A DNA stretch of 64,000 nucleotides from Perna viridis (lineage: Eukaryota), in assembly GCA_037379345.1 (NCBI GenBank), contig CM074520.1, positions 33,700,664-33,764,663 of the forward strand. The letters are read 5' to 3'. The notes below the pieces were generated by a model, which did no database searches, was not told the DNA's origin, and saw only the letters and a list, made by a program, of their open reading frames with translations. The position numbers were made by a program, and so were the translations under genes. Shown here one piece after another: positions 60,456-64,000 of this stretch. The number at the start of each line of letters is the position of its first letter. Within the stretch, counting starts at the first letter, position 1.

Positions 60456-60931
60456 CAATCAATCTTTTCAAGGACTATAGTAATTGTCTTCATACAAACT
60501 TATGAAAACCATGCATATCTGTGATTTGTATATAATATATACTTGTAGAAGTAAAATTTCAATTGGTATTGCTTGAATTACTGGTAATTTTCGTGTATAT
60601 TAATTTTCATTGTGGTTGGCAAAAATTGATGCAAAATGATTTTATGAAGAAGTATAAGCATTGAATGAATTGAGATTTTTTTATTTATTTGTTGTGTTGC
60701 AATTCTGTTAATCAATCTTATACTTTTTTATCTTTCTGATGTTTTTGATTCAAGAAGAAAAGTTTAGAACCAGTGCATTAAAATAATGACATTTTGACAC
60801 ATCTATATCAAGCATTAAACAGATATATTACATTTGCTTTGCATTGGATTTGTCAGTTCATTCTAATTCATTTAATATATTAAATTCTGCAATCAGACAT
60901 TATTAATTCATAGGTTTTGTCAGAAACTGAT

Positions 60932-60950
60932 AATAAATAATAATAATAAA
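60932..60950 (+). terminator. Candidate polyadenylation signals of the AtuA-like gene
   Basis: Two AATAAA hexamers ~480 nt after the stop, followed by T-rich sequence. Confidence 0.4.
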
Positions 60951-63900
60951 TGTATCTTTAATTTGCTTTTATTTTGCCTATTCAAAACATTATCATGGTA
61001 AATCATTTGAATGAATGCACCAAAATATGCATCTTTACAGGGAATCATGTAGTTTTAATACACATATACCTTTACCCGGAATCCTTGGTTGAGTTCTGAA
61101 CATCCTTTGCAGAAAGAATTAGAATGTCTTTTTCTCAGTAGCTACTGAAGAAAGTGTAAAAATATGCTTAAAGACAAATAAGTAATGTTTTTTTGCTTAC
61201 TGGGTATTTGTTTCTCTTTATACTACTGCAAATTTGATTATTTATTACTTGCATCCTACCTTAGGCAAACTAAAAAAAACATTGGATCTTAAACCCTTTT
61301 CTTGTTTTAAGTTGCCTCATTTCCCAGCTTAGCACTACATAAAAAAAAAGCAATTATCAATTTTTTTTTAGGCTGTCAAAAATGTAAAGGTGCCATCATC
61401 ACTATTTAAAGGAAAAAGACGAAGGCCATAAGGCCAAAAATTTGGGCTCATTTTTTTCAATATTTTTATGTTTTATTCATATTTTATTTGTATTTAATTC
61501 CTTTTTACCTTTTAAATGTGGCTTTTGTTCACTATCGGTTATTCATTATTCTTAAGATAAAAAGAAATGCCTTCCTCCCTCATTGGTTTTATGTTTGGTA
61601 AACCAAGAAATTACCGTTGACATTGAATAGTTATAGTCTTGGCAAAGTGTTTTTATTCTTGGAATATCGGTCGTATCTTCACCATGACCTCATGGGCAAA
61701 CCGTGCCTGCAGACGTTAATTTCATTTGTATATTAGCTTGTTGCTGTGATTTAACTTTCTTCATAAAATGTTTTAAAGGTTCGACTCCTTTATTTTAAAT
61801 CTCTGAGGTCATTGAAGATTGTTTAAAGGATACGTATGAATTTGGAAATTAAAGTTACTACAGCAGAAAAAAATTCATAGATCTTGTCAAAATTAAAAAT
61901 TCCCTGAATCATGGTTACATACCATTTATTCAAGTAAAAATGCCTTACCTTTTTAACTCGTCTCTCACCAGAAATCTTGGAGTTACACCTACTAGCGTAT
62001 ACAAATTAGTGATAAGCCTTTTAATGTTCACACGATTACAATGGGATTTGCTATTGCTGAAGTGTTCTTCTGAACTGCTTTAAATATCTGTCAGTCATTT
62101 TAAACTACACCTTGTTGCATATCCAGGTTGGCACCCCTCTTTCTAATAGGAAAATTTGACATTTTCATGTGTTAAATTGACAAAAAATGGCTAATGATGT
62201 CCTAGCACCCCTGTTTATGTAAGGAACTCCAGCTGGCATCTCTCCTTTTCAAAGTATCTGTATCCACCCCTGCTACACGATCAGGCATGGATCCAAGGAT
62301 GAGCATGCTGTGCATACGCTTCCTAAAATTGTGAAAAACATTTTCTTGGCATGAAATCTTTTTCACAAATTCGAACTCCAATTTTTGTTTGCCTTGCATC
62401 ACTTGGCAGTAAATTCTATTAACACCTCCCCTTTAACCTGAAATCCTGGATTCACCACCGACCTAGGCTAATCTCAATTTTCCTAGTTAAATTTATCAGT
62501 GTAATTTGTTTTCAAGAAGAAAAAAATAGAATACAGAAGTGTCACATGTGCACCAGCAGTTTAAAAAAAAGTTCAATCCAATATTTCATTTGAAGAGTGT
62601 TGCAATAACAAAAATGGCATTTCTTAGATGACTATGTGTTTATGAAGAATTTGTTTAGTCATAATTGATTGAAAGTCTTATTTGACTCAGTGCTTCAGCA
62701 CTTTGATTTATAATTCTCATGGGTGTGTTTGATTTGGAGTTTGTTTAAGGTCAAATACCTGTTTGTTATCATTTTACTTCTTGTTTTATCAGACAAATCA
62801 CTCTTGACAACATACTCGATTATTCATTGATAAAGAGCTTCGTCCAAAATTTTTACACATCTTGTTGCTAGAAAGATTTTTAATGCATAAGAACATTTTA
62901 TGTGGTCATGATACAACTGAACATAATTAGTCGATATTTTCAAATAAGTTAAAAATTAAAGGCAACGCTTCCTTTGAAACACGAAGTTCTTAACACATTT
63001 TAGGTTAGTTTTTACATGGTACCTAGACCCTTAATTCCCTAGAAAATTAAAACAAAAATGGAAAGTTTCTTTAATACGGTCTGCGAAAGTATTTTTTCCC
63101 CTTTTTGTCCACTGGTCAGAACTTTAATAAGCTCTCGGAATGTCTTGCAAAGAGTAGGTCTTGTTCTGTTTCACAATTTAGCATCATTTTAGTATTCAAA
63201 TAGTACGGAGTAAAGTCATTTTTTAATGGAACGCGGGTTAACAACAGTTTAATAATTGTTAACAGGGTTACAGGGGTGTGTACAGGGGGCGACTTTTTCA
63301 AAATATAGTTTATACACAGAATATGACAATCTTCTTTACCGTCTGAATTCAATCTCAGGGGCTTGTTCCCGCTTTCAAATATGCAGTCCGGCTAGTATAT
63401 ATAACTCCGGCTGCATATTTGATAGTGGGCGCATGCCCTTGTTGGGGAGCTTCATATTCTAGACTACTAGTCTTTACGTAATTTCTCAGCTTAATTATCA
63501 ACGAAATGTGAGAGGATATAGGGATTACGTTTTAGTACAATTCAAGAAAAGCAGGCTGCCTAAACGGAACAAAAATTCTTGTACTTGAGCTAAATGCTAG
63601 TATCTACATATTTAATAACAGAGGAAAACAATGGTGCAATGTGCACATAGACTCCAACATCAATTTCAGTATTCCTTCGAAATGTAATCAGCATCTGTCG
63701 GAGGGTCAAAAAGTTATTAAAAGCCCTCACAGTGGCCAGAGTAATAGCAAGGGAACATACAGTCGAAATTCGCTCATTGTATATCCCTGATTGTTTATAT
63801 AAGTATGGGGAGGGGGTCTTTCACCAGCTAGCCTAAAATCATAAGTTCTTAGTTTGAAAGTTATCAATATTTTTTATACTATAGATACCCCTTTCTTAAA

Positions 63901-64000
63901 TTTCCCCGTGTAGTCAAATGATTTTTATTTACAAGAGTATTGATAGCTTTGTTTGTCCTTGATCCGCATTAGTCATTCTACGCTATATCCTATTGCTCAA

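Noticed and set aside
61000-64000. A further gene downstream of the AtuA-like gene
   Set aside because: No phase-consistent exons or recognisable peptides; it looks like intergenic DNA with degenerate repeats.

Overview
AT-rich, intron-rich eukaryotic genomic DNA, probably from a bivalve mollusc (inferred from the repeat types). It holds two head-to-head protein-coding genes whose ATGs are only 220 bp apart. (1) On the minus strand is a JIP3/JIP4 (MAPK8IP3/SPAG9; syd/unc-16) JNK-scaffold and motor-adaptor gene. I traced 27 GT-AG coding exons from 41219 down to 568 (about 1230 codons, phases consistent); the gene runs off the left edge. It includes a cluster of three symmetric micro-exons (36, 42 and 18 nt) just before leucine zipper II. 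(2) On the plus strand is a complete 19-exon, 643-aa AtuA/DUF1446 (acyclic terpene utilisation) family gene (41440-60455) with a mitochondrial-presequence-like N-terminus. Introns carry an internally deleted DIRS1-like retrotransposon with both ITRs, two Helentron-type non-autonomous (HINE) copies (one with an amplified ~330-bp tandem array), several MITEs and non-autonomous DNA transposons, and small tandem repeats. I found no rRNA, tRNA or CRISPR array. Exon boundaries were read by eye from splice consensus and frame continuity.
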